A stretch of 64,000 nt of DNA from an uncultured Prevotella sp. (GTDB taxonomy: Bacteria > Bacteroidota > Bacteroidia > Bacteroidales > Bacteroidaceae), in NCBI GenBank assembly GCA_964599665.1, contig CAZRGO010000010.1, forward strand, positions 9,935 through 73,934, read 5' to 3'. Positions 1 through 9,212 of this stretch are shown in pieces. The translations under genes and the position numbers were made by a program. The notes beneath the pieces were generated by a model. The model was not told the origin of the DNA and ran no database searches. It was given only the letters and a program-made list of their open reading frames with translations. The stretch's first letter is position 1. The number at the start of each line of letters is the position of its first letter.

Positions 1-97
1 TGACCCGACAAAGGTGATGCTTCAAGACCGTTTCACGCAATTGATAGTAACGGCATGGGTGCTAACATTCCTCATTATTATATACTTCCACTAAGGA

Positions 98-143
98 TAA
101 TAAAAATCCCTGCTTCAACGCAAACATAGCGTAAAAGCAGGGA
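98..143 (-). terminator. Intrinsic terminator downstream of clpB
   Basis: Inverted repeat TCCCTGCTT (107-115) / AAGCAGGGA (135-143). On the minus strand the hairpin is followed by TTTTTATTAT. It lies about 30 nt past the clpB stop. Confidence 0.6.
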
Positions 144-174
144 TCAAACATATTCAACTAATCAAACACAACTA

Positions 175-2283
175 TTACTCGTTACTAAATGTTATCACAC
201 CGTCTTTACTATCAACCGTAACAGGTTTCTCGTGTGTCACGGTACCTGCAAGAAGTTGTTTTGACAAGACGTTAAGCACATCTCGCTGTATTGCCCTCTT
301 AACCGGACGCGCACCAAAGTCAGGATCAAAACCCGCCTCTGCCAAAGTAGCGATGGCACTGTCTGTCACATTGAGTGTAAAGCCTTGAGTATGCAGCATA
401 TCCGCAACACGGTTCATTTGCAGACGCACAACCGATGCGATTTCGTCTTTGCTGAGCATAGAGAAATTTATAATATCATCTATACGGTTCAGGAACTCCG
501 GACGAATTGGTGGTTTCACCATTCCATTACCATCGAGAATGGGCTGTCTGCCATACAACTGGTCGTTAGTAAGGTTAGACGTCATAATGATGATGGTGTT
601 CTTGAAGTTTACAACCCTACCCTTTGAATCGGTCAGACGGCCGTCGTCAAGCACCTGCAACAGAGTGTTAAATATATCGGGATGCGCCTTTTCTATCTCG
701 TCAAACAACACAACGCTGTATGGCTTGCGACGCACAGCCTCGGTCAACTGTCCTCCCTCGTCATATCCCACATATCCCGGAGGAGCACCGATAAGACGGG
801 TAACAGAAAACTTCTCCTGATACTCCGACATATCTATACGTGTCAACAGCGACTCATCGTTAAACAGATAGTCAGCCAACGCCTTTGCAAGCTCAGTCTT
901 TCCCACTCCGGTGGTGCCGAGGAAGATAAACGATGCGATAGGACGCTTCGGGTCCTGTAACCCTGCACGGCTACGGCGCACAGCATCACTCACCGCCTGT
1001 ATAGCCTCATCCTGCCCAACCACACGCTTGTGCAGTTCTTCTTCAAGATGCAACAGCTTATCTTTCTCGCTCTGCATCATACGTGTCACAGGTATGCCCG
1101 TCCAACGGCTAACTACTTCAGCAATGTCGTCAGACGTTACCTCTTCGCATACCATTTTGCCTGCCCCCTGTGCATTTATTTGTTCCTGCACGCGGGCTAT
1201 ATCATCCTGTAGATCTTTCAGCTTGCCATAGCGTATTTCCGCCACTTTGCCATAATTACCCTCACGCTCCGCTTTCTCCGCCTCAAAGCGCAATTGTTCC
1301 ATCTGCTGCTTGTCCTGCTGTATCTTATCCACAAGGTTTTTCTCCTGTACCCACTTGGAACGCATACGCAGTTTCTCGTCTTGCAACACTGATATGGTTT
1401 TGTTTAATTCCGCAAGTTTCGCCTTGTCATTCTCACGCTTTATAGCCTCACGCTCTATCTCCAACTGTTTAAGCCGACGTTCAAGTTCATCCAGTTCCTC
1501 CGGCACGGAGTCACGCTCCATACGCAGCTTTGCCGCCGCCTCGTCCATAAGGTCTATAGCTTTATCAGGCAGGAAACGGTCAGAAATATACCGCTCGGAC
1601 AGCGTAACGGCAGCGATACAGGCATCGTCCTGAATGCGCACACGATGATGGTTCTCATAACGTTCCTTCAAGCCACGTAATATTGAGATTGCTGACAATT
1701 CGTCAGGCTCATCGACCATAACTATCTGAAAACGTCGTTCAAGTGCCTTATCCTTCTCAAAGTATTTCTGATACTCATTAAGAGTAGTAGCGCCAATAGC
1801 TCGTAATTCACCACGCGCAAGGGCCGGCTTCAGGATATTAGCGGCATCCATGGCGCCATCGCCACCACCTGCTCCCACCAGCGTATGAATTTCATCTATG
1901 AAAAGTATTATCTTGCCTTGCGATTCCATTACAGCGTTGATCACGCCTTTTAATCGCTCTTCAAACTCTCCCTTATATTTGGCTCCGGCCACAAGAGCAC
2001 CCATATCAAGAGTGTATATTTCCTTGTCTGTAAGGTTCTCCGGCACATCACCACGCACAATACGCTGTGCAAGTCCCTCGGCTATGGCTGTTTTACCGGT
2101 TCCCGGCTCACCTATTAGAATTGGATTGTTTTTAGTGCGGCGAGAGAGTATCTGCAACACACGGCGTATCTCATCATCCCTGCCGATAACAGGGTCGAGC
2201 TTACCGGCCTTTGCATCGCCCACAAGATTTTTTGCAAAACGTTGCAATGCCTCTTTGTTTGTCATTTCAGGTTGATTCATCAT
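175..2283 (-). CDS. clpB: ClpB-type AAA+ disaggregase lacking the N-terminal Clp_N domain
   Basis: 702-aa ORF with two AAA+ modules (Walker A GEPGTGKT and GTTGVGKT). It has a long coiled-coil middle domain ([24 protein letters not shown]...) and is colinear with canonical ClpB from the [14 protein letters not shown] motif onward. The ORF starts about 25 aa before that motif. Confidence 0.9.
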   Translation of the reverse strand: MMNQPEMTNKEALQRFAKNLVGDAKAGKLDPVIGRDDEIRRVLQILSRRTKNNPILIGEPGTGKTAIAEGLAQRIVRGDVPENLTDKEIYTLDMGALVAGAKYKGEFEERLKGVINAVMESQGKIILFIDEIHTLVGAGGGDGAMDAANILKPALARGELRAIGATTLNEYQKYFEKDKALERRFQIVMVDEPDELSAISILRGLKERYENHHRVRIQDDACIAAVTLSERYISDRFLPDKAIDLMDEAAAKLRMERDSVPEELDELERRLKQLEIEREAIKRENDKAKLAELNKTISVLQDEKLRMRSKWVQEKNLVDKIQQDKQQMEQLRFEAEKAEREGNYGKVAEIRYGKLKDLQDDIARVQEQINAQGAGKMVCEEVTSDDIAEVVSRWTGIPVTRMMQSEKDKLLHLEEELHKRVVGQDEAIQAVSDAVRRSRAGLQDPKRPIASFIFLGTTGVGKTELAKALADYLFNDESLLTRIDMSEYQEKFSVTRLIGAPPGYVGYDEGGQLTEAVRRKPYSVVLFDEIEKAHPDIFNTLLQVLDDGRLTDSKGRVVNFKNTIIIMTSNLTNDQLYGRQPILDGNGMVKPPIRPEFLNRIDDIINFSMLSKDEIASVVRLQMNRVADMLHTQGFTLNVTDSAIATLAEAGFDPDFGARPVKRAIQRDVLNVLSKQLLAGTVTHEKPVTVDSKDGVITFSNE

Positions 2284-2456
2284 AATCTATCTCCTTTCTC
2301 TTTACATTTTATAATTACACCACTTCAATACTCAAAGCATATACCATCACAGCAATATATGCCATAATGTCAGTACCATTCTACTTGTATTATAATCCGA
2401 AAAGACAATAAACAGGTAAAGAGCACGTTTATTATACAAGTGATAATATAAATTGT

Positions 2457-3260
2457 ATGAAAAAGGAAATACTATCATTCATTACACTTTTGGCACTCAT
2501 TATGCCAACAACCGCACAGACAATGTTCACGCATCCATGGCAAGGCAAAAAGGTTGCATACTTCGGAGACTCCATAACAGACCCACGCAATAAGGCCGCC
2601 AACAAGAAATACTGGACATTACTACAGGAATGGCTCGGCATAACGCCTTATGTCTACGCTGTGAGCGGACGTCAATGGAATGACATTCCGAGACAAGCGG
2701 ACAAACTATTGGAAGAGCACAAGGACACAGTGGACGCTATAGTGATACTGATGGGAACCAATGACTACAACAACGGCGTACCCCTCGGGAAATGGTATGA
2801 CGAGAAAGAAGAAGAGGTTATGTATGGGCACAACAAGCCCAAAAGCATGGTTAAACGCAAAAGGCAATACCCGTGCATGGACAACAATACATACCGCGGC
2901 AGAATAAACATTGCGATGAAAAAGGTAAAAACGATGTTTCCTACCAAACAAATCGTTGTATTAACACCGCTGCACAGGCAGAATTTCCATGCCAATGACA
3001 AGAACTGGCAATGTTCAGAAGACTACACGAACCAATGCGGAGAATATTTACAGGCGTATGTTGACGCAACCAAAGAAGTAGCCAATATATGGGCAGTACC
3101 TGTAATTGACCTGAACGCATTATGTGGACTATATCCCATGCTTGACGAATATGCGCAATATTTCAACAATGCTGCAACAGACCGTCTGCATCCAAACAAC
3201 AAAGGGCATGAAAGAATAGCCAAAACACTGATGTATCAATTACTTACAATAGGAATGTAA
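2457..3260 (+). CDS. Secreted SGNH/GDSL-family hydrolase (esterase/acylhydrolase)
   Basis: 267 aa with a signal peptide (MKKEILSFITLLALIMPTTAQ). SGNH blocks present: FGDSITD (I), GTNDY (III), DRLHPN (V). Confidence 0.75.
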   Translation: MKKEILSFITLLALIMPTTAQTMFTHPWQGKKVAYFGDSITDPRNKAANKKYWTLLQEWLGITPYVYAVSGRQWNDIPRQADKLLEEHKDTVDAIVILMGTNDYNNGVPLGKWYDEKEEEVMYGHNKPKSMVKRKRQYPCMDNNTYRGRINIAMKKVKTMFPTKQIVVLTPLHRQNFHANDKNWQCSEDYTNQCGEYLQAYVDATKEVANIWAVPVIDLNALCGLYPMLDEYAQYFNNAATDRLHPNNKGHERIAKTLMYQLLTIGM

Positions 3261-3281
3261 CAACACAGAACAAACAAGGAC

Positions 3282-4046
3282 ATGCTTTCATTCTGCATCA
3301 TCACCTGCACTTACAACGCCGAAAAAGAGCTGCCACGCACATTGGAGAGCGTGAGAAAACAAACGTATGCAAACCTGAGACATGTAATAATGGACGGTGG
3401 GTCAACGGACGACACCATGTCTTTAGCATGCGAGTATGAGAAAGAATGCAAGGCAAGCAGTAGCCCTCATCGCATAACATTGGTGAGCAAACATGACAAG
3501 GGATTGTATGATGCTATGAACAATGCCATAAGCATGGCAGAAGAGGATTATATAGTATTCATAAACGCAGGTGACACGCTACACGATGAAACGACCTTGG
3601 AAAGTATAGCACAACAGACGGAACAGGAAACGCCATTGCCGGGAGTGATATATGGCAATACGGATATAGTGGACAGCAAAGGAAACTTTCTGAGACAACG
3701 TCGCCTGCAACCGCCGGAGGTTTTGACATGGAAATCTTTCCTTATGGGTATGCTTGTATGTCACCAGGCATTTTATGCTCGCACCGACCTTGCTAAAATG
3801 ACCCCATACAACCTTAAATATCGTCTATCGGCAGACGTTGACTGGTGCATAAGAATAATGAAGAAAGCACAGCAGGATAATTTACCTTTGCACAACACAC
3901 GAATGACATTGTGCAAATACCTTGAAGGAGGCATGTCCATAAAGAATCACCGAGCCTCTCTCATCGAGCGTTTCCGCATAATGGCAAACCACTATGGATT
4001 AATCCCAACCCTACTTGTTCATTTTTGGTTTTTAATAAGAAAATGA
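3282..4046 (+). CDS. Family 2 glycosyltransferase (GT-A fold)
   Basis: 254 aa with N-terminal GT2 signature CIITCTYNAEKELPRTLESVRKQTY...MDGGSTDDT and DKGLYDAMN. Clear paralogue of the GT2 at 21464-22225. Confidence 0.8.
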   Translation: MLSFCIITCTYNAEKELPRTLESVRKQTYANLRHVIMDGGSTDDTMSLACEYEKECKASSSPHRITLVSKHDKGLYDAMNNAISMAEEDYIVFINAGDTLHDETTLESIAQQTEQETPLPGVIYGNTDIVDSKGNFLRQRRLQPPEVLTWKSFLMGMLVCHQAFYARTDLAKMTPYNLKYRLSADVDWCIRIMKKAQQDNLPLHNTRMTLCKYLEGGMSIKNHRASLIERFRIMANHYGLIPTLLVHFWFLIRK

Positions 4047-4079
4047 ATATTAAAAGTTGGCTGTTTCATGAAAAAGATG

Positions 4080-4087
4080 TAACTTTG
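4080..4087 (+). promoter_or_regulatory. Bacteroidetes -7 promoter box TAACTTTG upstream of the TolC-family gene
   Basis: Exact match to the TAnnTTTG consensus, 26 nt before the ATG at 4113. No exact -33 TTTG was found. Confidence 0.4.
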
Positions 4088-4112
4088 CACCGATATTAAG
4101 ACACAACCAATA

Positions 4113-5657
4113 ATGAACAGATTTCTTTTAGTTCTATTATCGCTAATCACTCTGGCACAGGCTAATGCGGAGATATTGTCGCTTGACTCATGCAGGGTAC
4201 GCGCACTACGTGCCAACAAACAATTAGGCATGGCAAGAGTGAAGAAACAGATCGCGGAAAACGTGCGCAAGGCGGCAAGAGCGAAATATCTGCCACATTT
4301 TGATGTAACCGGTGGATACGCATATTCCAGCAGAGAGATTTCTATTCTCAGCGATGAACAAAAAGCCCTTTTGGGAAACGCCGGCACTACGACTACCCAA
4401 GGAATAGCGGCACAAGCGGGGCCAATATCCGGACAGATGCAACAAAACATATCTGGAACACTACAAGCAATGGCTCAACAGGGGATAATAACCCCTCAAC
4501 AGGCACAGGCATTCGGAAACATCGCCAATCAAGCCGGCATGGCATTCGGACAGATGGGTGCACAGATGTTACAACAGATAGCACAAGCCGGCGACGCTTT
4601 GGGCCAACAGATTGTTGACGCTTTCCACACCAACACCCACCATATTTTCACAGCATCTGCCATACTGACACAGCCCGTATATATGGGAGGAATAATAACA
4701 GCCAGTAACAAAATGGCCGACATAGCGGAGCAAATGGCTGACACGGGTATTGAGGCAATGGAGGACAATGTGCTATACGGCATAGACTACGCCTATTGGA
4801 CAGTAGTCTCCTTAAGACAAAAACAACGTCTCGCTGAAAGTTATCTTAAATTAGTACAGAAACTGGAAAGTGATGTACAAAAAATGATAAGGAACGGAGT
4901 AGCAACACGTGCTGACGGTCTAAAAGTAAGTGTAGCCGTAAATGAGGCCGATATGACAAAGGCAAAGGTTGACAATGGGCTAACACTGGCAAGGATGAGT
5001 CTCTGTCAGTTATGCGGAATGCCATTAGACTCTGACATACAGTTGGAAGACGAAGACTGCAAAGAGTTACAAGTTACCCCAATAGGAGAATATGACACCA
5101 CAGAGGCAATGAACAAACGTCATGAGCTTAAACTACTGACCAATGCGATCGAACTAACGAAGCAGCAGACAAAGATAGCAAAAGCGGGGCTTCTTCCACA
5201 AGTGGCACTGATGACCGGTGCTATATTCTCCAACCCAAGCACATACAATAGCTTTGAGCGCAAATTCAAAGGTGCATTAAATATCGGTGTATTGGTGAAA
5301 GTACCGGTATTTGATTGGGGTGAGACGATGTATAACATAAGGGCTGCAAAATGCGCCTCAAATCTTGCATATATGAAACTATCCGAGGCTGAAGAAATGA
5401 TAGAGCTACAGATAAGTCAATGCAGTTTTAAGGTTAGGGAAGCAAGCAAGAACCTCACTACCGCAAGAAAAAATATAGAACGTGCAGATGAAAACCTAAG
5501 ATGTGCCAACATAGGTTTTAAGGAGGGGGTAATGCAGACAACAGATGTGATGGCAGCACAAACGGCATGGCTACAGGCACAGACGCAAAAAGTTGATGCC
5601 GAGATAGAGGTAAAACTGAGCGAGACAGCACTAAGAAAGGCATTGGGAGAGCTATAA
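4113..5657 (+). CDS. TolC-family outer membrane efflux protein
   Basis: 514 aa with a signal peptide (LITLAQANA). Typical OEP N-terminus (LSLDSCRVRALRANKQL...) and C-terminal repeat (NIGFKEGVMQTTDVMAAQTAWLQAQ...). Carries a Q/A/G-rich insert at roughly aa 88-170. Confidence 0.85.
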   Translation: MNRFLLVLLSLITLAQANAEILSLDSCRVRALRANKQLGMARVKKQIAENVRKAARAKYLPHFDVTGGYAYSSREISILSDEQKALLGNAGTTTTQGIAAQAGPISGQMQQNISGTLQAMAQQGIITPQQAQAFGNIANQAGMAFGQMGAQMLQQIAQAGDALGQQIVDAFHTNTHHIFTASAILTQPVYMGGIITASNKMADIAEQMADTGIEAMEDNVLYGIDYAYWTVVSLRQKQRLAESYLKLVQKLESDVQKMIRNGVATRADGLKVSVAVNEADMTKAKVDNGLTLARMSLCQLCGMPLDSDIQLEDEDCKELQVTPIGEYDTTEAMNKRHELKLLTNAIELTKQQTKIAKAGLLPQVALMTGAIFSNPSTYNSFERKFKGALNIGVLVKVPVFDWGETMYNIRAAKCASNLAYMKLSEAEEMIELQISQCSFKVREASKNLTTARKNIERADENLRCANIGFKEGVMQTTDVMAAQTAWLQAQTQKVDAEIEVKLSETALRKALGEL

Positions 5658-5743
5658 TATAAAAGGCCTAAAAATACTTAACCACTACAATAAAGAAAGC
5701 GGTAATAATTAATAACCACAACACCCATAGACGAAGAAAACAA

Positions 5744-6730
5744 ATGGAAAACAAAGAACAAAATAAAAGTGTATTGATAGCATTGGCTGCATTCGCCAGC
5801 GTTGTTGTGATTGTAGGTATCATCGGTTTCCTCACTATTGGCAAAGACAATGAGATAATACAAGGCCAAATAGACGTTGAAGAATACCGTGTTTCAAGTA
5901 AGGTGCCGGCACGCATTCTGGAGTTTAGAGTAAAAGAAGGCGACTACGTACACGTAGGAGACACGTTGGTAATACTTGATGCTCCTGACGTGGAAGCAAA
6001 GAAGCAACAGGCGGAAAGCGCAGAGAACGCAGCGGCAGCTATGAGCGATATGGCACAGGCAGGAGCACGCAAAGAACAGGTTCAAGGTGCATACGAGCTA
6101 TGGCAACAGGCAAAAGCCGGGCTGGAGATACACAAAAAGTCATACGAGCGCATACAGCGATTGTTTGACGAGGGTGTAATGAGCGAACAGAAGCGTGATG
6201 AAGCCTATGCCGGTTACAAGGCTTTTGAAGCACAGGAAAAAGCGGCAAGAAGCCAATATGAAATGGCGAAGAACGGTGCAAGAGCTGAAGAAAAAGCTGC
6301 AGCAAAAGCACAGGTAAACCGTGCAAAGGGCGCTGTAAACGAGGTGGAATCATATATAAGAGAGACTGTTCAGACAGCACAAATGGAAGGCGAGGTCACA
6401 ACTATATATCCCAAGATAGGAGAATTGGTAGGCAGTGGTTCACCTATTATGACTATAAGTATAATGGACGATGTATGGGGAGCATTCAACATACGGGAGG
6501 ATCTGCTAAACGGCATGAAACAAGGGGACACATTCACAGCATACATACCGGCATTCAGCAAAGAAGCGATATTCAAGATAACAAGCATAAAAGACTTGGG
6601 TAGTTATGCGACATGGAAAGCGACCAAATCCAACGGGCAGTACGACATGAAGACATTTGAGGTAAAAGCACGACCAACAGAGAAATTTGAGGGACTGCGC
6701 CCCGGAATGTCGGTCATTATAAGGAAATAG
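5744..6730 (+). CDS. HlyD/YbhG-type membrane fusion (periplasmic adaptor) protein
   Basis: 328 aa. It has an N-terminal TM anchor, a lipoyl-like segment (VKEGDYVHVGDTLVILD), a long coiled-coil hairpin and a C-terminal beta-barrel (GMSVIIRK). Confidence 0.85.
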   Translation: MENKEQNKSVLIALAAFASVVVIVGIIGFLTIGKDNEIIQGQIDVEEYRVSSKVPARILEFRVKEGDYVHVGDTLVILDAPDVEAKKQQAESAENAAAAMSDMAQAGARKEQVQGAYELWQQAKAGLEIHKKSYERIQRLFDEGVMSEQKRDEAYAGYKAFEAQEKAARSQYEMAKNGARAEEKAAAKAQVNRAKGAVNEVESYIRETVQTAQMEGEVTTIYPKIGELVGSGSPIMTISIMDDVWGAFNIREDLLNGMKQGDTFTAYIPAFSKEAIFKITSIKDLGSYATWKATKSNGQYDMKTFEVKARPTEKFEGLRPGMSVIIRK

Positions 6731-6756
6731 CAATAGGTAGCATACAATAACAGGCA

Positions 6757-7926
6757 TTGAATGCAAACAATAAAATAACGGCATCATTTAGGCGTGAGAT
6801 ATTGATAATCTTGCGTCACCCCATATATATAATATGTATGGTAATATTACCGATGCTCGCCACATACTTTTTCACATCACTATTGGACAACGGTCAACCA
6901 GTGAGGATGCCGATAGGCATCGTTGATAACGACAACACAACGGTAACACGTAAGATGATACGCCTGATAGATGCATTCCAATCATCAGAGGTTGTGGCGC
7001 ACTATCCTTCTGTAGCAGAAGCCCGCAAAGCCATACAGCAAAATAATATTTATGGGTTCATATATTTCCCGGAAAACATGACACAGGAATTGCTATCCGC
7101 CCGACAACCCAAAATGTCCGTATATTTCAGCAACACATCGGTAATGGTAGGCTCACTGTTATTCAAAGAAATGAAGACACTTTGCACACTGGGTTCCGCA
7201 TCGGTAGCACTCGCCACCATGCAGGCAAAAGGTTTCACAGAGAAACAGGCCATGGCGATACTACAACCCATACAATTAGACACACACGCTATAGGCAACC
7301 CATGGATAAACTATAATATATATTTAAGCACAATGGTTGTACCGGCATGCCTGCTGTTGTTCGTTTTTTTACTCACAGCATACAGCCTCGGCACCGAAAT
7401 CAAGTTCGACACACACAAGGAATGGCTGGAGACCGCAAAAAACAATATGGCTCTCGCCCTATTCACCAAACTACTGCCCCAAACATTAATCTTCACCGTT
7501 ATGTTGACGGCATGTATGACCTATATGGCCGGACCACTACATTTTCCTGCGCCCGGAGGCATTACACACATAATACTATACAGTATATTAAGCGTACTCG
7601 CTGCACAAGGATTTGCCGTATTCATATTCGGGCTTATTCCCTCTCTGCGTATGGCAATGAGCATATGCTCGCTTTGGGGCGTACTGAGTTACTCTATGGC
7701 GGGAACGACATTTCCTATATTTGCTATGGATCCGCCACTACAGGCATTGGCTTTACTGTTCCCACTACGGCATTCTTTCATCATATACCATACCTGCATA
7801 TTCAATGATTTTCCATTAAACTATGTAACAACACATATAATAGCTTTACTAATATTCACCATACTACCAGCCTTAATCATACGACGCATGAAAAAGGCAT
7901 TCAGCCAATATAGTTATCAGCCATAA
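6757..7926 (+). CDS. ABC-2 type transporter permease (YbhS/YhhJ-like)
   Basis: 389 aa. One N-terminal TM, a ~150-aa extracytoplasmic domain, then 5 C-terminal TM segments. Follows the HlyD gene after 26 nt. Confidence 0.8.
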   Translation: MNANNKITASFRREILIILRHPIYIICMVILPMLATYFFTSLLDNGQPVRMPIGIVDNDNTTVTRKMIRLIDAFQSSEVVAHYPSVAEARKAIQQNNIYGFIYFPENMTQELLSARQPKMSVYFSNTSVMVGSLLFKEMKTLCTLGSASVALATMQAKGFTEKQAMAILQPIQLDTHAIGNPWINYNIYLSTMVVPACLLLFVFLLTAYSLGTEIKFDTHKEWLETAKNNMALALFTKLLPQTLIFTVMLTACMTYMAGPLHFPAPGGITHIILYSILSVLAAQGFAVFIFGLIPSLRMAMSICSLWGVLSYSMAGTTFPIFAMDPPLQALALLFPLRHSFIIYHTCIFNDFPLNYVTTHIIALLIFTILPALIIRRMKKAFSQYSYQP

Positions 7927-7933
7927 CACACGT

Positions 7934-9073
7934 ATGCTCACCGAACTGAAAAACATATTGAAAGACGAAGGGGTATTGTTGTTTTTCTTCTTTCTGCCGA
8001 TTGTATATCCATTACTATACTCATGGATATACAACAATGAGACTGTGCGCGATGTACCGGTAGCATTAGTAGACAATTCACATTCAACGACAAGCAGAGA
8101 GTTTTGGCAAAAGTGTGACGCTACCCCGGATGTCTGCATTGCATACCATTGTGCTGACATGGAAGAGGCAAAGAAATTAATAGGCTTGGAAAAAGTTTAT
8201 GGTATAATATATATTCCTGTTGACTTTGAGAAAAAGATTGGACGACACGAACAGGCACACATCTCTGTTTATTGCGACATGAGCTACATGCTTGCATATA
8301 AAGCTATTGCCACAACAACTGCTGCCGTATCAATGGATATGGGGGCTGAAATACAACGTAGTCTGATGAGCAACAAGACACAACGGGAAGACGAGATAGC
8401 AAGTAGACCGCTGGATTTTGACGAAGTTTCTATTTTCAACGCACCCGGTGGCTACGGCAATTTCATGTTACCCGGAGTACTGATACTAATCATACAACAG
8501 TCTATCTTACTCGGAGTTGGCATGATAGCAGGCACAGAAAGAGAACATCGATTCGCTAATTACAGGCGCACAGCAGGCTATTCGCAGCTATGGCAAGCTG
8601 TAAAAATATTATGCGGGAAATCATGGGCATATATACTCATATTCGCCGTAATGTTGGCATGGGTAACACTCGCTATACCACACATTTTCGATTTTGTTTC
8701 ATTAGTACACGGCAAAGATTTATTGCTGTTCCTTACACCATACCTGCTGGCCTGTGTACTATTCGCCATAACATTCAGCGAAATGGTACGCTACAGAGAA
8801 AGCGTAATGCTGGCAGTAGTATTCACTTCTGTAATCTTTCTATTTTTATCAGGACTCAGCTGGCCACAAGCCGAAACACCCGGCGTTTGGCAAGGAATAG
8901 CAAACATCTTGCCATCAACATTCGGGATAAGGGGATTTGTAAGAATGAGCAGTATGGGAGCATTATTGCCTGATGTGACAAAAGAATGGTGCGCACTATG
9001 GGTACAGGTTGCCTGCTATGGAATTACGGCATTATTCGTAATATGGTGTAGAGTCCACATCAGCGAAAAATAA
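7934..9073 (+). CDS. ABC-2 type transporter permease (YbhR-like), paralogue of the preceding gene
   Basis: 379 aa with the same topology as 6757-7926. Separated from it by 7 nt. Confidence 0.8.
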   Translation: MLTELKNILKDEGVLLFFFFLPIVYPLLYSWIYNNETVRDVPVALVDNSHSTTSREFWQKCDATPDVCIAYHCADMEEAKKLIGLEKVYGIIYIPVDFEKKIGRHEQAHISVYCDMSYMLAYKAIATTTAAVSMDMGAEIQRSLMSNKTQREDEIASRPLDFDEVSIFNAPGGYGNFMLPGVLILIIQQSILLGVGMIAGTEREHRFANYRRTAGYSQLWQAVKILCGKSWAYILIFAVMLAWVTLAIPHIFDFVSLVHGKDLLLFLTPYLLACVLFAITFSEMVRYRESVMLAVVFTSVIFLFLSGLSWPQAETPGVWQGIANILPSTFGIRGFVRMSSMGALLPDVTKEWCALWVQVACYGITALFVIWCRVHISEK

Positions 9074-9212
9074 AAATAAGGACACAATATAATCAAATAA
9101 ATTACGTTATTTATAGAAAACGACACGTAACAGGTCAAGTGCGAGGAATAATGCCCGCACTTATCTATTTCATTAGAAAAGCAAAAACATTTATATCTGC
9201 TAAAAAATTACG

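Noticed and set aside
1-94. Frame open from the window edge to TAA at 92-94 (...FTQLIVTAWVLTFLIIIYFH*), possibly the 3' end of a plus-strand membrane-protein gene
   Set aside because: Only 30 codons are visible, with no motif. I cannot distinguish it from chance.
4019-4450. 143-aa minus-strand ORF spanning the GT2/TolC junction
   Set aside because: It overlaps the TolC promoter box and coding start in antisense, and no family features are present.
9137-9162. Possible terminator after the ABC-2 operon (AAGTGCG...CGCACTT)
   Set aside because: It has only a 7-bp stem, a 12-nt loop and a poor U-tract. That is too weak to call.
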